Assembly: GCA_965656495.1 (NCBI GenBank)
Contig: CBFHKU010000005.1
Location: 1-49,085, forward strand
Origin: Coraliomargaritaceae bacterium
Lineage (GTDB): Bacteria > Verrucomicrobiota > Verrucomicrobiia > Opitutales > Coraliomargaritaceae
DNA: 49,085 nt
Reading direction: 5' to 3'
The position numbers and the translations under genes were made by a program. This document shows positions 1 through 9,555 of the stretch, piece after piece. Under the pieces are notes generated by a model that was given only the letters and a program-made list of their open reading frames with translations, ran no database searches and was not told the DNA's origin. The first letter of the stretch is position 1; every line of letters starts with the position of its first letter.

Positions 1-2
1 AA

Positions 3-635
3 CAGTTCACGCAGGTTTTCTCGCATGACGAGGTGGTGCATGGCAAAGGCTCGATGCTCTACAAGATGCCAGGGGAACCGATCTCAAACAAGGCGCGGCA
101 GTTGCGTTGCCTCTATGGCTTGATGTGGTTCTGGCCGGGTAAGAAGACTCTCTTTATGGGTTGCGATTTTGGGCAATCGAGCGAATGGGCCTACGCCCGC
201 AGCCTCGACTGGCATCTCTTGCAATATATTGATCACGAGGGTATTCGGCGCACAGTCCGCGACCTCAACCGACTCTACTGCGAGATTCCCGGCCTCGCCG
301 CCGCTGATTCCGACCCTGCGAGCTTTGAATGGATCAACTGCACCGACGGCGACAACAGCAGTCTCACCTTCCTGCGTAAAGGAGGGGAGGGCGGTGATAC
401 CCTAGCGGTGATCTGCAATTTTACTCCGGTCCTGCGGGATAGCTTTCGCGTCGGCGTGCCGAGCGCTGGTTACTGGGAGGAGATTTTCAACAGCGACGCC
501 AAGGATTACGGCGGCCTGGGCTTTGGGAACTGTGGCGGGCTAGAGAGCGAGCCCATCGAATGGGACGCCCGCCCGCATTCCCTCTGTCTACAGTTGCCGC
601 CCCATTCCGTGAGTGTTTTTCGTTTGAAGCGCTAG
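3..635 (+). CDS. glgB: 1,4-alpha-glucan branching enzyme, C-terminal part (5'-truncated by window edge)
   Basis: Open frame from position 3. Motifs SHDEVVHGKGS, PGKKTLFMG, FEWI, NFTPV and EIFNSD are typical of the GlgB C-terminus. Confidence 0.95.
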   Translation, partial: QFTQVFSHDEVVHGKGSMLYKMPGEPISNKARQLRCLYGLMWFWPGKKTLFMGCDFGQSSEWAYARSLDWHLLQYIDHEGIRRTVRDLNRLYCEIPGLAAADSDPASFEWINCTDGDNSSLTFLRKGGEGGDTLAVICNFTPVLRDSFRVGVPSAGYWEEIFNSDAKDYGGLGFGNCGGLESEPIEWDARPHSLCLQLPPHSVSVFRLKR

Positions 636-663
636 CGGGGTAGCCGGTTGTACGTTGCTGGTT

Positions 664-1360
664 AACCACGTAATATACGAAGGATATGAAAGGCTTGCAT
701 ATCGTGGAAGCGGCAATCCTGCCGCTTTTCCGGTGCTTACAAAGCGACAGGAGTGTCGCTTCCACGTCCGGTGGTTCTAAAGCGACAGGAGTGTCGCTTC
801 CACGTCCGGTGCTTGAATAAAGGAACCGCGAAAACTTTGAACATCGAACTTTCAACTACCTTCCCACTTTCCCACCTTCATACCTTCCCACCTCTTTTAA
901 CCTTCGCGTTTTCCTTACTTGTTGCCGTGGAGTGAGAACCACAGATGTTCGCAGATAATCGCAGATGGACTCAGATATTCTCATGGCTTGTATCGTGGAA
1001 GCGACACTCTTGTCGCTTTGCTTGTACGGCTTGTGAAGGAACCACGAAAAGCACGAAAAGGGTGTTAGGGTCACTGACTTGTTGCCATGGGCCCGGGATA
1101 GCAGGGAACCACTCAACTACACTAATAGACACTAATGGGAAAGGGGGTAATGGTGGGAAGGTATGAAGGTGGGAAAGTGGGAAGGTTGGGGGTTAGTCTT
1201 AATCTTATTCTTAATCCTAATCTCAATAAGAAATGGTTTGTATCTCGTAGAAGCGACACTCTTGTCGCTTTGGTTGTACGGCTTGGGTTGCAAAGCGACA
1301 AGAGTGTCGCTTCCACGTCCGGTTGCTGGAAAGCGACAGGAGTGTCGCTTCTACGTTACC
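664..1360. repeat. Intergenic mosaic of 7 REP hairpins and microsatellite modules
   Basis: REP-A GTGG-AAGCGGCA-ATCC-TGCCGCTT at 704-727. REP-B GT(G/A)G-AAGCGACA-nnnn-TGTCGCTT at 995-1018 and 1247-1270 (+) and at 742-765, 780-803, 1293-1316, 1331-1354 (-). Interspersed TTCCCAC, CAGAT, CACGAAAA, CACTAAT and TCTTAA tandem runs. Confidence 0.9.
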
Positions 1361-1433
1361 AACGTTCAGATAACAACGCCACATTTGATGAAAAACGCGT
1401 GCATTTTTTGCGGGGCTGCGCTAATCCTTTCAT

Positions 1434-2549
1434 ATGCCAAAGAAAACGACTGTCTCAAAAACGAAACAACGCCGCTCGAAAGCGATTACTCCGCCGGATT
1501 TTCTGGTGGAATTACTGGAGGCTCGTTCGCCGACGGGGCAGGAGCAGGAGGCGCAGGCGGTGGTCGATGCGCGGATCGAGCCGGCGGTGGATGCGTATCG
1601 CCGGGACACGATGGGGAATCGTTTCGCGACGGTAAACCCCGAGGGGGATCCTTCCATTTTATTTGCGGGGCATATCGATGAACTGGGCTTGATCGTGACG
1701 TATATCGATGCCAAGGGGTTTGTGTATTTCGATACCCTTGGCGGGCACGATAAAACCATGATTTCCGGGCGGCGGGTCTCGATCCTGACAAAGAAGGGGG
1801 TGGTGAAGGGCGTGACGGGTAAGCGTGCGATTCACCTCATGAGTGCGGAAGACCGGAAGAAGGTGCCGGAGACGCATCAAATTTGGATTGATCTGGGGGT
1901 TAACTCGAAGGCGGAAGCGGAGGCGCTGGTACGGATTGGGGACGCGGCGGTGTATGACCAGGGATTTGAATTGCTGCGCGGGAGCGTTGGGGTGGCGCGG
2001 GCCTTTGATGACAAGGCGGGTGCTTATGCGGTGCTGGAAGCGGTGCGGCGACTGGCAACGGAAAAGGGCAAGGCGAAATTGGCGGCGCGGGTCACGGCGG
2101 CGGCGACCACCCAGGAAGAGATTGGAACCCGAGGTGCGATGACGGCGGCGTTTTCCGAGAATCCTGATTTTGCGATTGCGGTGGACGTGGGTCACGCCAC
2201 GGATTCCCCGGATTGCGATGCACGCAAATACGGTGCCTTTAAGCTCGGTGGCGGGCCGATTGTGTGTCGCGGGCCAAACATCAACCCGATGTTATTTGAA
2301 CGCATCATTGAAGTGGCGGAAAAGGCGAAGATTCCGTATCAGGTCGAGGCGGATCCGCGTCCTACGGGGACGGATGCGCGGGCGATACAAGTGGCGCAGG
2401 CGGGGATTGCGACCGGTCTGCTCTCGATTCCCCTGCGCTATATGCACACGCCCAGTGAGATGGTGGACCTTGAGGACATCGAACACACCGTGCAGTTATT
2501 GGTAGCGGTGGCGCGGAGTCTTAAAAAGGGCGAGCGCGGGATTTGGTAG
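1434..2549 (+). CDS. M42 family metallopeptidase (M20/M25/M40 superfamily)
   Basis: Metal-ligand motifs AGHIDE, AFDDK, QEEIG, AVDV and RYMHTP. Confidence 0.92.
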   Translation: MPKKTTVSKTKQRRSKAITPPDFLVELLEARSPTGQEQEAQAVVDARIEPAVDAYRRDTMGNRFATVNPEGDPSILFAGHIDELGLIVTYIDAKGFVYFDTLGGHDKTMISGRRVSILTKKGVVKGVTGKRAIHLMSAEDRKKVPETHQIWIDLGVNSKAEAEALVRIGDAAVYDQGFELLRGSVGVARAFDDKAGAYAVLEAVRRLATEKGKAKLAARVTAAATTQEEIGTRGAMTAAFSENPDFAIAVDVGHATDSPDCDARKYGAFKLGGGPIVCRGPNINPMLFERIIEVAEKAKIPYQVEADPRPTGTDARAIQVAQAGIATGLLSIPLRYMHTPSEMVDLEDIEHTVQLLVAVARSLKKGERGIW

Positions 2550-2575
2550 CTGGGTTCGGGGCTAGGAACTAGGGG

Positions 2576-2790
2576 AACTTCGAACTTCGAACATTGAACG
2601 TTGAAGGTTAACCACGAATGCTGAGGGGTTGTTCGTTGGTAGAGGAACCACTAAAACATCGAACATTGAAGGTTAATCACGAAATACACGAACAACACGA
2701 AAGGGGAAGCTGAAGAACTTCGAACTTTCAACCCCACCGTTTCGTGATCTCGGTGCTTCTGAGGTGAATTAAGGAACCACGAATGGATCG
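2576..2790. repeat. Microsatellite mosaic upstream of vapBC
   Basis: 7-mer (A/T)TCGAAC/ATTGAAC runs and CACGAA-type runs. AACCACTAAAACATCGAAC recurs at 3452; CAACCCCACCGTTTCGTG recurs at 3951. Confidence 0.8.
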
Positions 2791-2793
2791 GGG

Positions 2794-2821
2794 TTGACGC
2801 GGAGGTTTTTTTGTGCAGACT
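2794..2821 (+). promoter_or_regulatory. Putative sigma70 promoter, leaderless vapB transcript
   Basis: TTGACG (2794-2799), 16 nt, CAGACT (2816-2821), 7 nt, ATG at 2829. No Shine-Dalgarno. Confidence 0.55.
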
Positions 2822-2828
2822 TTCGCAC

Positions 2829-3029
2829 ATGGCAACCAACATTGAATTGGATTCCGGTCTCATGGAGCGGGCGCTCTCACTGGCGGAGAAAAAGACGAAG
2901 AAGGCAGTGGTGAATGAAGCGCTGGCGGAATACGTGCGCCATCGTGAACAATTGAAGGTGCTGGAGGTTTTTGGAACGGTGGAGATGGATCCCGATTACG
3001 ATTATAAGGCGCAACGGAAATCGCGGTGA
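2829..3029 (+). CDS. vapB: Type II TA antitoxin, VapB/DUF2191-like
   Basis: MATNIELDSGLMERA...KTKKAVVNEAL signature. Its TGA overlaps the GTG start of the PIN gene. Confidence 0.85.
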   Translation: MATNIELDSGLMERALSLAEKKTKKAVVNEALAEYVRHREQLKVLEVFGTVEMDPDYDYKAQRKSR

Positions 3030-3433
3030 AGGTTTTGGTCGATACGGATGTGTGGTCGGAGGCACTGCGCAAACGGAAGGGTAGGGCTTCCGATGAAGTG
3101 CGGGCTCTGGTGCAACTGGTAGAGGAACGTCGGGTCGAACTGGCGCCCTTTGTGCGGATGGAAATTCTTTGCGGTTTGCGGGACGGGGAAGTCTTTGAGC
3201 GCATCCGCGAGTATTTGGCGGCTTTTCCGGACCGTGAGCTCACGAGTGAGGCCTATGTATTGGCGGCGCGTTATTTCAACCGTTGCCGCAGCAAGGGCAT
3301 TCAGGGTTCGCAGTATGACTTTTTACTTTGTGCCTGCTCGGTCCTGTGGGGCATGCCGATCCTGACCAAGGATAAAGACTTCCGGCACTACGCGCGTCAT
3401 GTGCCTATTCGCTTGATGGACGTGAATGCTTGA
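3026..3433 (+). CDS. vapC: PIN-domain toxin VapC
   Basis: PIN acidic motifs VLVDTDVW, E (RMEIL), YDFLL and ILTKDKDF. Confidence 0.9.
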   Translation: MKVLVDTDVWSEALRKRKGRASDEVRALVQLVEERRVELAPFVRMEILCGLRDGEVFERIREYLAAFPDRELTSEAYVLAARYFNRCRSKGIQGSQYDFLLCACSVLWGMPILTKDKDFRHYARHVPIRLMDVNA

Positions 3434-4170
3434 GAACCGCGACAACTTCGAACCACTAAAACATCGAACATCGAACATTGAACATCGAACGTTGAAGGGG
3501 AACCACGAATGGACACGAATATGCACGAATGGTGAGGGGTTTGGTGGTGGGAAGGCTTATAGGTGGGAAAGTATGAAGGTTGGAAAGTGGGAAGGTTGGG
3601 GTTAGTCTTAATCTTATTCTTAATCTTAATAAGAAATGGTTTGTGTATCGTGGAAGCGGCAATCCTGCCGCTTTGCTTGTACGGCTTGTGAAGGAACCAC
3701 GAAAAGCACGAAAAGGGTGTTGGGGTCACTGACTTGTTACCATGGGCCCGGCATAGCCGGGAACCACTAATCTACGCGAAGGGAGTTGTTGGTTGTTAGT
3801 TGTTCGTTGAGAGTACCCTTAATCTTACTCTTAATCCTAATCTTACTCTTAATATCAAAAGGTTGTATCGTGGAAGCGGCAATCCTGCCGCTTTTGCTGT
3901 ACGGCTTGGGTTGAAAAGCGACAAGAGTGTCGCTTCCACGCTTAGGCAATCAACCCCACCGTTTCGTGCTTTTCGTGCCTTTCGTGGTTAAAAAACGAAC
4001 CGCGAAAACTTCCAACTTCCAACCAGCAACAAGGAACTACCTTCCCACCTTCCCACTTTCGCACTTTCCCACTCCTTATAACCTTCCCACTTTCCCACTT
4101 CTTATAACCTTCCCACCTTGCCACTTTCGCACTTTCCCACCTATACGCTTTCCCACCTCTTTTAACTCTC
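3434..4170. repeat. Intergenic mosaic of REP hairpins and microsatellite modules
   Basis: REP-A at 3650-3673 and 3870-3893; REP-B (-) at 3916-3939. ATCGAAC, CACGAAT, GTGGGAA/TTCCCAC and TCTTAA/TCTTAC runs. Blocks are shared with 664-1360. Confidence 0.9.
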
Positions 4171-5565
4171 CAACTCTGCAAGTGCTTCCTGGATGTCCTC
4201 GAGGGGGTAGGTCCAGATTTCGGAGAGGGTGGGGTGATACCAATGGACCTTGAGGAGGTCGTGAACCGTGGCTTTTAGGGTGACGGCGACCGCGAGGGCG
4301 TGGATGAGTTCGCCGGCGTCCTTGCCGACGCATTCCGCGCCGAGGATGGTGCCGTCGCGCCCGGCGTAAACTTTGACATAGCCGTATTTGGCTTCCATGA
4401 GGATGGATTTTCCGTGGTCGTCGAAGGGATAGTCCGCCGCGAGGAAGTCGATGCGGCGTTCCTTGAGTTGTATTTCGTTGAGTCCAACAGTAGCGATTTG
4501 CGGGTCGGTAAAGACGACGGTGGCGAGGTGGTCGTAGTCGAGGGGCTCGGCGGGTCGGGCGGTGGCATGGCGGGCGGCGCATTCGCCCTGAAGGATGGCG
4601 GTGTGGACAATTTCGTGGGGGCCGGCGACGTCGCCACAGGCATAGACGCGGGGGTTGGAGCTGCGTTGAAAGGGGTCGCAGGCGATGTGACCGGAGGGGA
4701 GGGTCTCGATACCGGCGGCAGGGAGGTTGAGTCCGTCGGTATTGGGGCGGCGACCGAGGGCGTTGAGGCAGTGAGCGGCTGTAGCGGTTTGGGCGGTTCC
4801 GGCGTGGGTAAAGTGGACGGTGAACCCGTCGGCGGTTGGCTTGATTTCTTGAATGGCGGTATCGGTGTAAACTTGCATGCCGCTATCGGTGAAGGCTTGT
4901 TTGAGGGTATCGGCGGCGGCGGGCGGGAAGTTTTTAAGGAGGCGGGGGCTGCGCTGGATGAGAGTGACTTGGGTGCCGATGCGGTTGAGGAATTGCGCGA
5001 GTTCGCATGCCACGATTCCGCCGCCCAATACGAGGATGGATTCGGGGACCGAGTCGAGCGCGAGTACTGTTTCGCTGGTCCAGATATCGGGCGAATCGAG
5101 TCCGGGGATGGCGGGCGTGGCTACGGTTGAACCGGTCGCGATCATGATATGATCGGCAGTGAGACGGGTGCCGTCTTCCAGTTGAATGGTTTGGGGGTCG
5201 ATAAAGGAAGCGGTTTGCCGGAAGAGGGTGAAGCGGTCGCTTTGTAGCTGGCCCTGTCGGTATTCCGCGAATTCGCGGATGAGGTTTTGTTTGCGAGCCT
5301 GGAGGGCTTTGGCGTTTACCCCGGCGGAAGGGATCTCGAGGCCAAAGGCATTGCCGGCTTGGGCGAGATGCAGGACTTCGGCGGCGTAGAGGAGGGTCTT
5401 GGATGGCATACAGCCGTGGAGGATACAGAGGCCTCCCAGTTCGGGGGCAGCATCAACGATGGCGACGCGCTCGCAGGTTTCACGGGCGGTGCGGGCGGCG
5501 GCGTAGCCACCGCTCCCGCCGCCGATGACAAGGTAATCGAAGTGCTGGCTCTGGGCGGGGGGCAT
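4162..5565 (-). CDS. Class I pyridine nucleotide-disulfide oxidoreductase (dihydrolipoyl dehydrogenase-like)
   Basis: FAD motif GGGSGG, redox motif GGLCILHGCMPSK, NAD motif GGGIVACE, and C-terminal HPTLSE. No C-terminal Cys pair, so not MerA. Confidence 0.88.
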   Translation of the reverse strand: MPPAQSQHFDYLVIGGGSGGYAAARTARETCERVAIVDAAPELGGLCILHGCMPSKTLLYAAEVLHLAQAGNAFGLEIPSAGVNAKALQARKQNLIREFAEYRQGQLQSDRFTLFRQTASFIDPQTIQLEDGTRLTADHIMIATGSTVATPAIPGLDSPDIWTSETVLALDSVPESILVLGGGIVACELAQFLNRIGTQVTLIQRSPRLLKNFPPAAADTLKQAFTDSGMQVYTDTAIQEIKPTADGFTVHFTHAGTAQTATAAHCLNALGRRPNTDGLNLPAAGIETLPSGHIACDPFQRSSNPRVYACGDVAGPHEIVHTAILQGECAARHATARPAEPLDYDHLATVVFTDPQIATVGLNEIQLKERRIDFLAADYPFDDHGKSILMEAKYGYVKVYAGRDGTILGAECVGKDAGELIHALAVAVTLKATVHDLLKVHWYHPTLSEIWTYPLEDIQEALAELES

Positions 5566-5568
5566 GGC

Positions 5569-7035
5569 TTAGATTTCTCTTTCTTTTTGTTCTCCGGTAA
5601 AGAAGGGGACGCGGCGCTCGCTTGCGGGGTTAATTAGTTGCGGGGGCTCGATATCCACTTGGTCGACTTGTTTGTGTTCAATGTCGGCGTGCCGCAAAGC
5701 GCATAAAAAGACGATCCAGAAACTGAGGGTTACTGAGGGGGACATGAAGGGATTGTCAATCGCCGCTATGAATAAAATTGCCAGTGAGGCGAGGAGTAAA
5801 TAATTACAAAAGCTGCTTTTGAATTTTCTGCGCAGGTAGCGAATGGAAAGGACAAGCATGAATATCAATAGCGTGAGGCAGCCGAAGAGTCCGAATTCGC
5901 TGAGGTATTGAAGGAAGTCGGAGTGGGCGCTCAGGTATAAGCTGTCGCGGAGGGCATCATGGTTGTAGAATGGAGCGGCATGGGTAAAACTTTCGAAACC
6001 CCAGCCGAAGAGTGGTCGCTCAAAAAAGAGGTTCAGGGCGGACTCACGCAGCAAGGATATGTTTTTGATTTCCGGGTTGCTTTCAAAGAGGCGGAAGATT
6101 CCAAGCGCAAAAAGGAGGCAACTGCCAAGGGTGGCGAGGAGGGTGATGTTGTTGTGATTCCGGTCGCCGCCAACGCGAATAAATTCGATCGCGAGGAGGA
6201 GGAGCATGAGGGAAAGGAAGAGCAGCAGGATGGCGCCGGGACCGCTGGCATGAATAAAGACACCGGTAAAGCCGAGGATGACAGCTCCTGTCATGAACCA
6301 GGGGCCGTTCGTGCTGAGGAAATCTTTTCCGGGATCATCACGAACGTTTTTCATGGCAAAAGCGGCGCAGACACCACACCAGAGGCAGGCAAAGGCGGCC
6401 CAGTGCCCGTCGTATGGGAAGTATGCGAAAAAGTCGGATTGGCCGGTGCCGTTAGTGAACGGGGGTTTGACAATTTTTAGTCCCTTGAGCAGGAGGCCAT
6501 ACACGGCGGAGATTACCGCGATGAAGCAGAGCTTTGAGAGGAGCCGATTGAAAAATATCAGTGATTTGGGAATGATGAAAAGGTTCAGGGTAACGATAAA
6601 AATTGAGATAAAACTGAACAGTGTAATGGTGGAGGTAAATTTACCGGGGAGGGTATTTACGGGAAGCCAAGCGCTTTGTTCTGAGAGAATGTGGAAGACT
6701 TGTTTTTTGAATTGAAAGGTTTCGGTCGCCGGAAAAATCAGTCCAATGATATATTGTAGTGCAATCAAAGTGGCGGGCAGCATGAGGAGCCCGTATCGAA
6801 GCCAGAGACGGTCGATTTTAAAGGGGTGAACGATTTCATGTAGTTTGACGTTGGCGATGCTGAGAGGGGCAAAAATAAGAGGGACGCCAAGGATCCAGAG
6901 GCTGCGTGGGTCTGCCGCGATCACGGATATGGAATACATCACTAGAATTGTGAAATAAAGTGCGAGCTCCGCCGAGGTAAAGCTGTCGCGGAGGAGGATC
7001 TCGCGATCGGTGAGTGGTCTTGTTTGTTGCGACAC
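5569..7035 (-). CDS. O-antigen ligase family membrane protein
   Basis: About 12 hydrophobic segments and a Wzy_C-like motif PLFGWGFESF...AHSDFLQYLSEFGLFG. Confidence 0.8.
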   Translation of the reverse strand: MSQQTRPLTDREILLRDSFTSAELALYFTILVMYSISVIAADPRSLWILGVPLIFAPLSIANVKLHEIVHPFKIDRLWLRYGLLMLPATLIALQYIIGLIFPATETFQFKKQVFHILSEQSAWLPVNTLPGKFTSTITLFSFISIFIVTLNLFIIPKSLIFFNRLLSKLCFIAVISAVYGLLLKGLKIVKPPFTNGTGQSDFFAYFPYDGHWAAFACLWCGVCAAFAMKNVRDDPGKDFLSTNGPWFMTGAVILGFTGVFIHASGPGAILLLFLSLMLLLLAIEFIRVGGDRNHNNITLLATLGSCLLFALGIFRLFESNPEIKNISLLRESALNLFFERPLFGWGFESFTHAAPFYNHDALRDSLYLSAHSDFLQYLSEFGLFGCLTLLIFMLVLSIRYLRRKFKSSFCNYLLLASLAILFIAAIDNPFMSPSVTLSFWIVFLCALRHADIEHKQVDQVDIEPPQLINPASERRVPFFTGEQKEREI

Positions 7036-7051
7036 GGTTTCGGTGAATGGT

Positions 7052-7606
7052 TTAAGCTTCGGAGCAGATCGCTTGAGCGATGGACTGCGCGACTTCGTTG
7101 TTGGTCATTTGACGGACAAGGGCGAGTGAAAAAGCAAGGGCATTGCCTGCGCCGCGGGCGGTGATACAGTTTTGGTCATGAACGACCGCTTTGTTTTGGG
7201 CGTCTGGTAGTTCCTTTTCGGCAGAGGGGTGGCAGGTAAATTGGAGGCCGGGAAGCAGACCGGCATCGCGTAGAAGCAGGGGGGCGGCACAAATGCAGCC
7301 GAGGGTTCGCCCGCTCTGGAATTGTGCGGCAAGGATCTGGCAGATGAGCGGGTGGCGGCGCAAGGGGGCGATACCCGGCCCACCGGGTAAGATGAGGCAG
7401 TCAAACTCCAGCTCGGTGAGGTCTTTCAGTTGGTGTGCGAGCTGAACGGTAATGCCACTGCGTCCGGTGACGGCTTGAGCGGAGTCGATCCCCGCCAGGG
7501 TGACGGCAACGCCCGCGCGGGAAAGGAGATCGACCGGGGTGAGCGCTTCGATTTCCTCAAAGCCATCAAAGAGCAGAACCAGAGCGGTGCGCGGGGCGTC
7601 TGTCAT
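7052..7606 (-). CDS. DJ-1/YajL/PfpI family protein
   Basis: GFEEIEA, LPGGPG, ICAAP and ITARG motifs. Start chosen at the ATGA overlap with the upstream gene. Confidence 0.9.
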   Translation of the reverse strand: MTDAPRTALVLLFDGFEEIEALTPVDLLSRAGVAVTLAGIDSAQAVTGRSGITVQLAHQLKDLTELEFDCLILPGGPGIAPLRRHPLICQILAAQFQSGRTLGCICAAPLLLRDAGLLPGLQFTCHPSAEKELPDAQNKAVVHDQNCITARGAGNALAFSLALVRQMTNNEVAQSIAQAICSEA

Positions 7607-8355
7607 TCCGGATTTGAAGGTTGAGGGTTGAGCCATTTGCGGATGTCGGGAATGGGGCAGGCGCGGCGTCCGCTTTCGAGGCGTTCGATATATTTGTCGG
7701 GTTTGCGGTCTTCGGGGAGGGCGTCTTCAAATTCGTCCTCCTCGATCGGTATTAGTTCATCGAAGAAGAGGGAAAGGCGGCGGGCCTCGGGCTCGAGGAT
7801 TTCGCGGGGATTGGGCGGGCGGCCTTTTTTGATGAGCTCAAAGCGGGAGGGGGTATGCGCTTTGTTGAATTTATCTTGAAACTCTTTGATCCACTTGGGG
7901 GCGGTGTTTTCACGGCGGGCGAGGAGGACAAAATCGGAAAAATGAATACAGGCTTCAAACCAGGGGAGGGCTGTAGGATTTGCTTGCAGGAAGTCGCAGT
8001 GGATATGGGTGAGGCAACGTGCGATTTGGCAGGCGTTATTATCGGACCATGACTTGATGGCCTCGGCGGCATCGGCGGGATCGGCAGTACCGGGAATAAG
8101 AAAAAAGACTGCCTCGGCGGGCGCTTCGATACGGGCGTGCTGAACCTTATTGCCTTGCAATTCCCATTCCACGGTTTGGAGGTTTTCCAAGGCTGAGATT
8201 TGCGCATCAAAGGGATCCCCAAGTTCACCGGCGGGCTTGAAGTAGAGCGCGGGGGTGCCCTTTTCCAAACCGTTCTCGATCAGGTCGCAGAGGGTGGCAC
8301 GGCGTTCGGAGCCGGGAATTCCAAATAGGATATAAACTCTTGGCGATTCTGGCAT
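7603..8355 (-). CDS. Conserved hypothetical protein (possibly degenerate CobW-like P-loop)
   Basis: Clean ORF in an operon between aroC and DJ-1. N-terminal VYILFGIPGSER resembles a degenerate P-loop. Confidence 0.65.
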   Translation of the reverse strand: MPESPRVYILFGIPGSERRATLCDLIENGLEKGTPALYFKPAGELGDPFDAQISALENLQTVEWELQGNKVQHARIEAPAEAVFFLIPGTADPADAAEAIKSWSDNNACQIARCLTHIHCDFLQANPTALPWFEACIHFSDFVLLARRENTAPKWIKEFQDKFNKAHTPSRFELIKKGRPPNPREILEPEARRLSLFFDELIPIEEDEFEDALPEDRKPDKYIERLESGRRACPIPDIRKWLNPQPSNPE

Positions 8356-8404
8356 GGCAAGCAGCGAGGCATGCAAAGGCGATGGGTTTGCGAATAGCTA
8401 AACC

Positions 8405-9499
8405 TTAAGATTTGAAATCAAATGTTTGGCATTGCGCACTGTGGCGCATCCAATGATCAGCGAGGACAAGGGCCGCCATCGCTTCGACGATCGGCACGGC
8501 GCGTGGAAGGACGCAGGGGTCGTGCCGCCCGCGGCCCATGAGTTCGGTTTCCTTGCCGTCAGAGTCGACGGTGGCCTGTTTCTGAATGAGGGTGGCGGTG
8601 GGTTTAAAGGCGACCCGGAAGATGATTTCTTCTCCATTGGTGATGCCGCCCTGCACGCCGCCGGAACGGTTGGTGGCGGTTCCGACCTCGCCTTCTTTGT
8701 CGATGAAAATGTCGTTGTGCTCGGAGCCTTTGAGATGGGTTCCAGCAAAGCCGCTGCCGATTTCAAAACCCTTGGTGGCGGGCAGGGAGAGCATCGCTTT
8801 GGCGAGGTCGGCTTCAATGCGGTCGAAGACTGGAACGCCGAGTCCCACGGGAAGGTTGCGCACGCGGCACTCGATGCATCCACCGATGGAATCGCCGTCG
8901 GCACGCACTGCTCGGATGCGTTCTGCCATCGCTTCGGCGGCCTCGGGGTCGGGGCAACGCACCGGGTTGGCCTCCACTGCTTCAAGGCTGGGGAAGGCTT
9001 CGATTTTGGCTTCAATGTCATGAATACGAGTTACGTACGCCTGGATCTCGACCTTGCCCGCGAGGAGGAGGATTTTTCGGGCGATGGCGCCGGCGGCGAC
9101 GCGGCCAATGGTCTCACGCGCGGAGGAACGGCCCCCGCCTTCGTGATTGCGAATGCCGAATTTAGTCTGATAGGTGAAGTCGGCGTGGGAAGGACGGAAT
9201 TTATCCTTCATTTCGGCGTAAGCCTCGGGGCGATGATCCCCGTTGGGGACATAAATAGCGATGGGGGTTCCGAGGGTGAGGCCTTCGTAAACACCGGAAA
9301 CGATGGTGGCGGTGTCGCTTTCCTTGCGCGGGGTGGTGATGTCGCTTTGACCCGGACGGCGGCGGTCGAGCTCGAATTGGATGTCTTCGACCGCGAGGGG
9401 GAGGCGCGGGGGGCAACCGTCAATGACCACGCCAATGCCGCCGCCGTGACTTTCGCCCCAGGTGGAAATACGAAGGAGTGTACCGAATGAATTGCCCAT
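8405..9499 (-). CDS. aroC: Chorismate synthase
   Basis: [27 protein letters not shown] and GRHDPC motifs. Confidence 0.98.
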   Translation of the reverse strand: MGNSFGTLLRISTWGESHGGGIGVVIDGCPPRLPLAVEDIQFELDRRRPGQSDITTPRKESDTATIVSGVYEGLTLGTPIAIYVPNGDHRPEAYAEMKDKFRPSHADFTYQTKFGIRNHEGGGRSSARETIGRVAAGAIARKILLLAGKVEIQAYVTRIHDIEAKIEAFPSLEAVEANPVRCPDPEAAEAMAERIRAVRADGDSIGGCIECRVRNLPVGLGVPVFDRIEADLAKAMLSLPATKGFEIGSGFAGTHLKGSEHNDIFIDKEGEVGTATNRSGGVQGGITNGEEIIFRVAFKPTATLIQKQATVDSDGKETELMGRGRHDPCVLPRAVPIVEAMAALVLADHWMRHSAQCQTFDFKS

Positions 9500-9555
9500 G
9501 GTGCTAGAGTTAGAAGCAAGAAGGAGTAGGTGAGAAGCCTATTTTTAGAGGGTCT

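Noticed and set aside
753..1430. Small ORFs within the repeat mosaics (also 3323-4253 and 32462-33016)
   Set aside because: Translations merely reflect REP and microsatellite sequence; there is no coding signal.
4162..5565. Mercuric reductase merA
   Set aside because: Lacks the C-terminal Cys-Cys pair and NmerA domain; no mer genes nearby.
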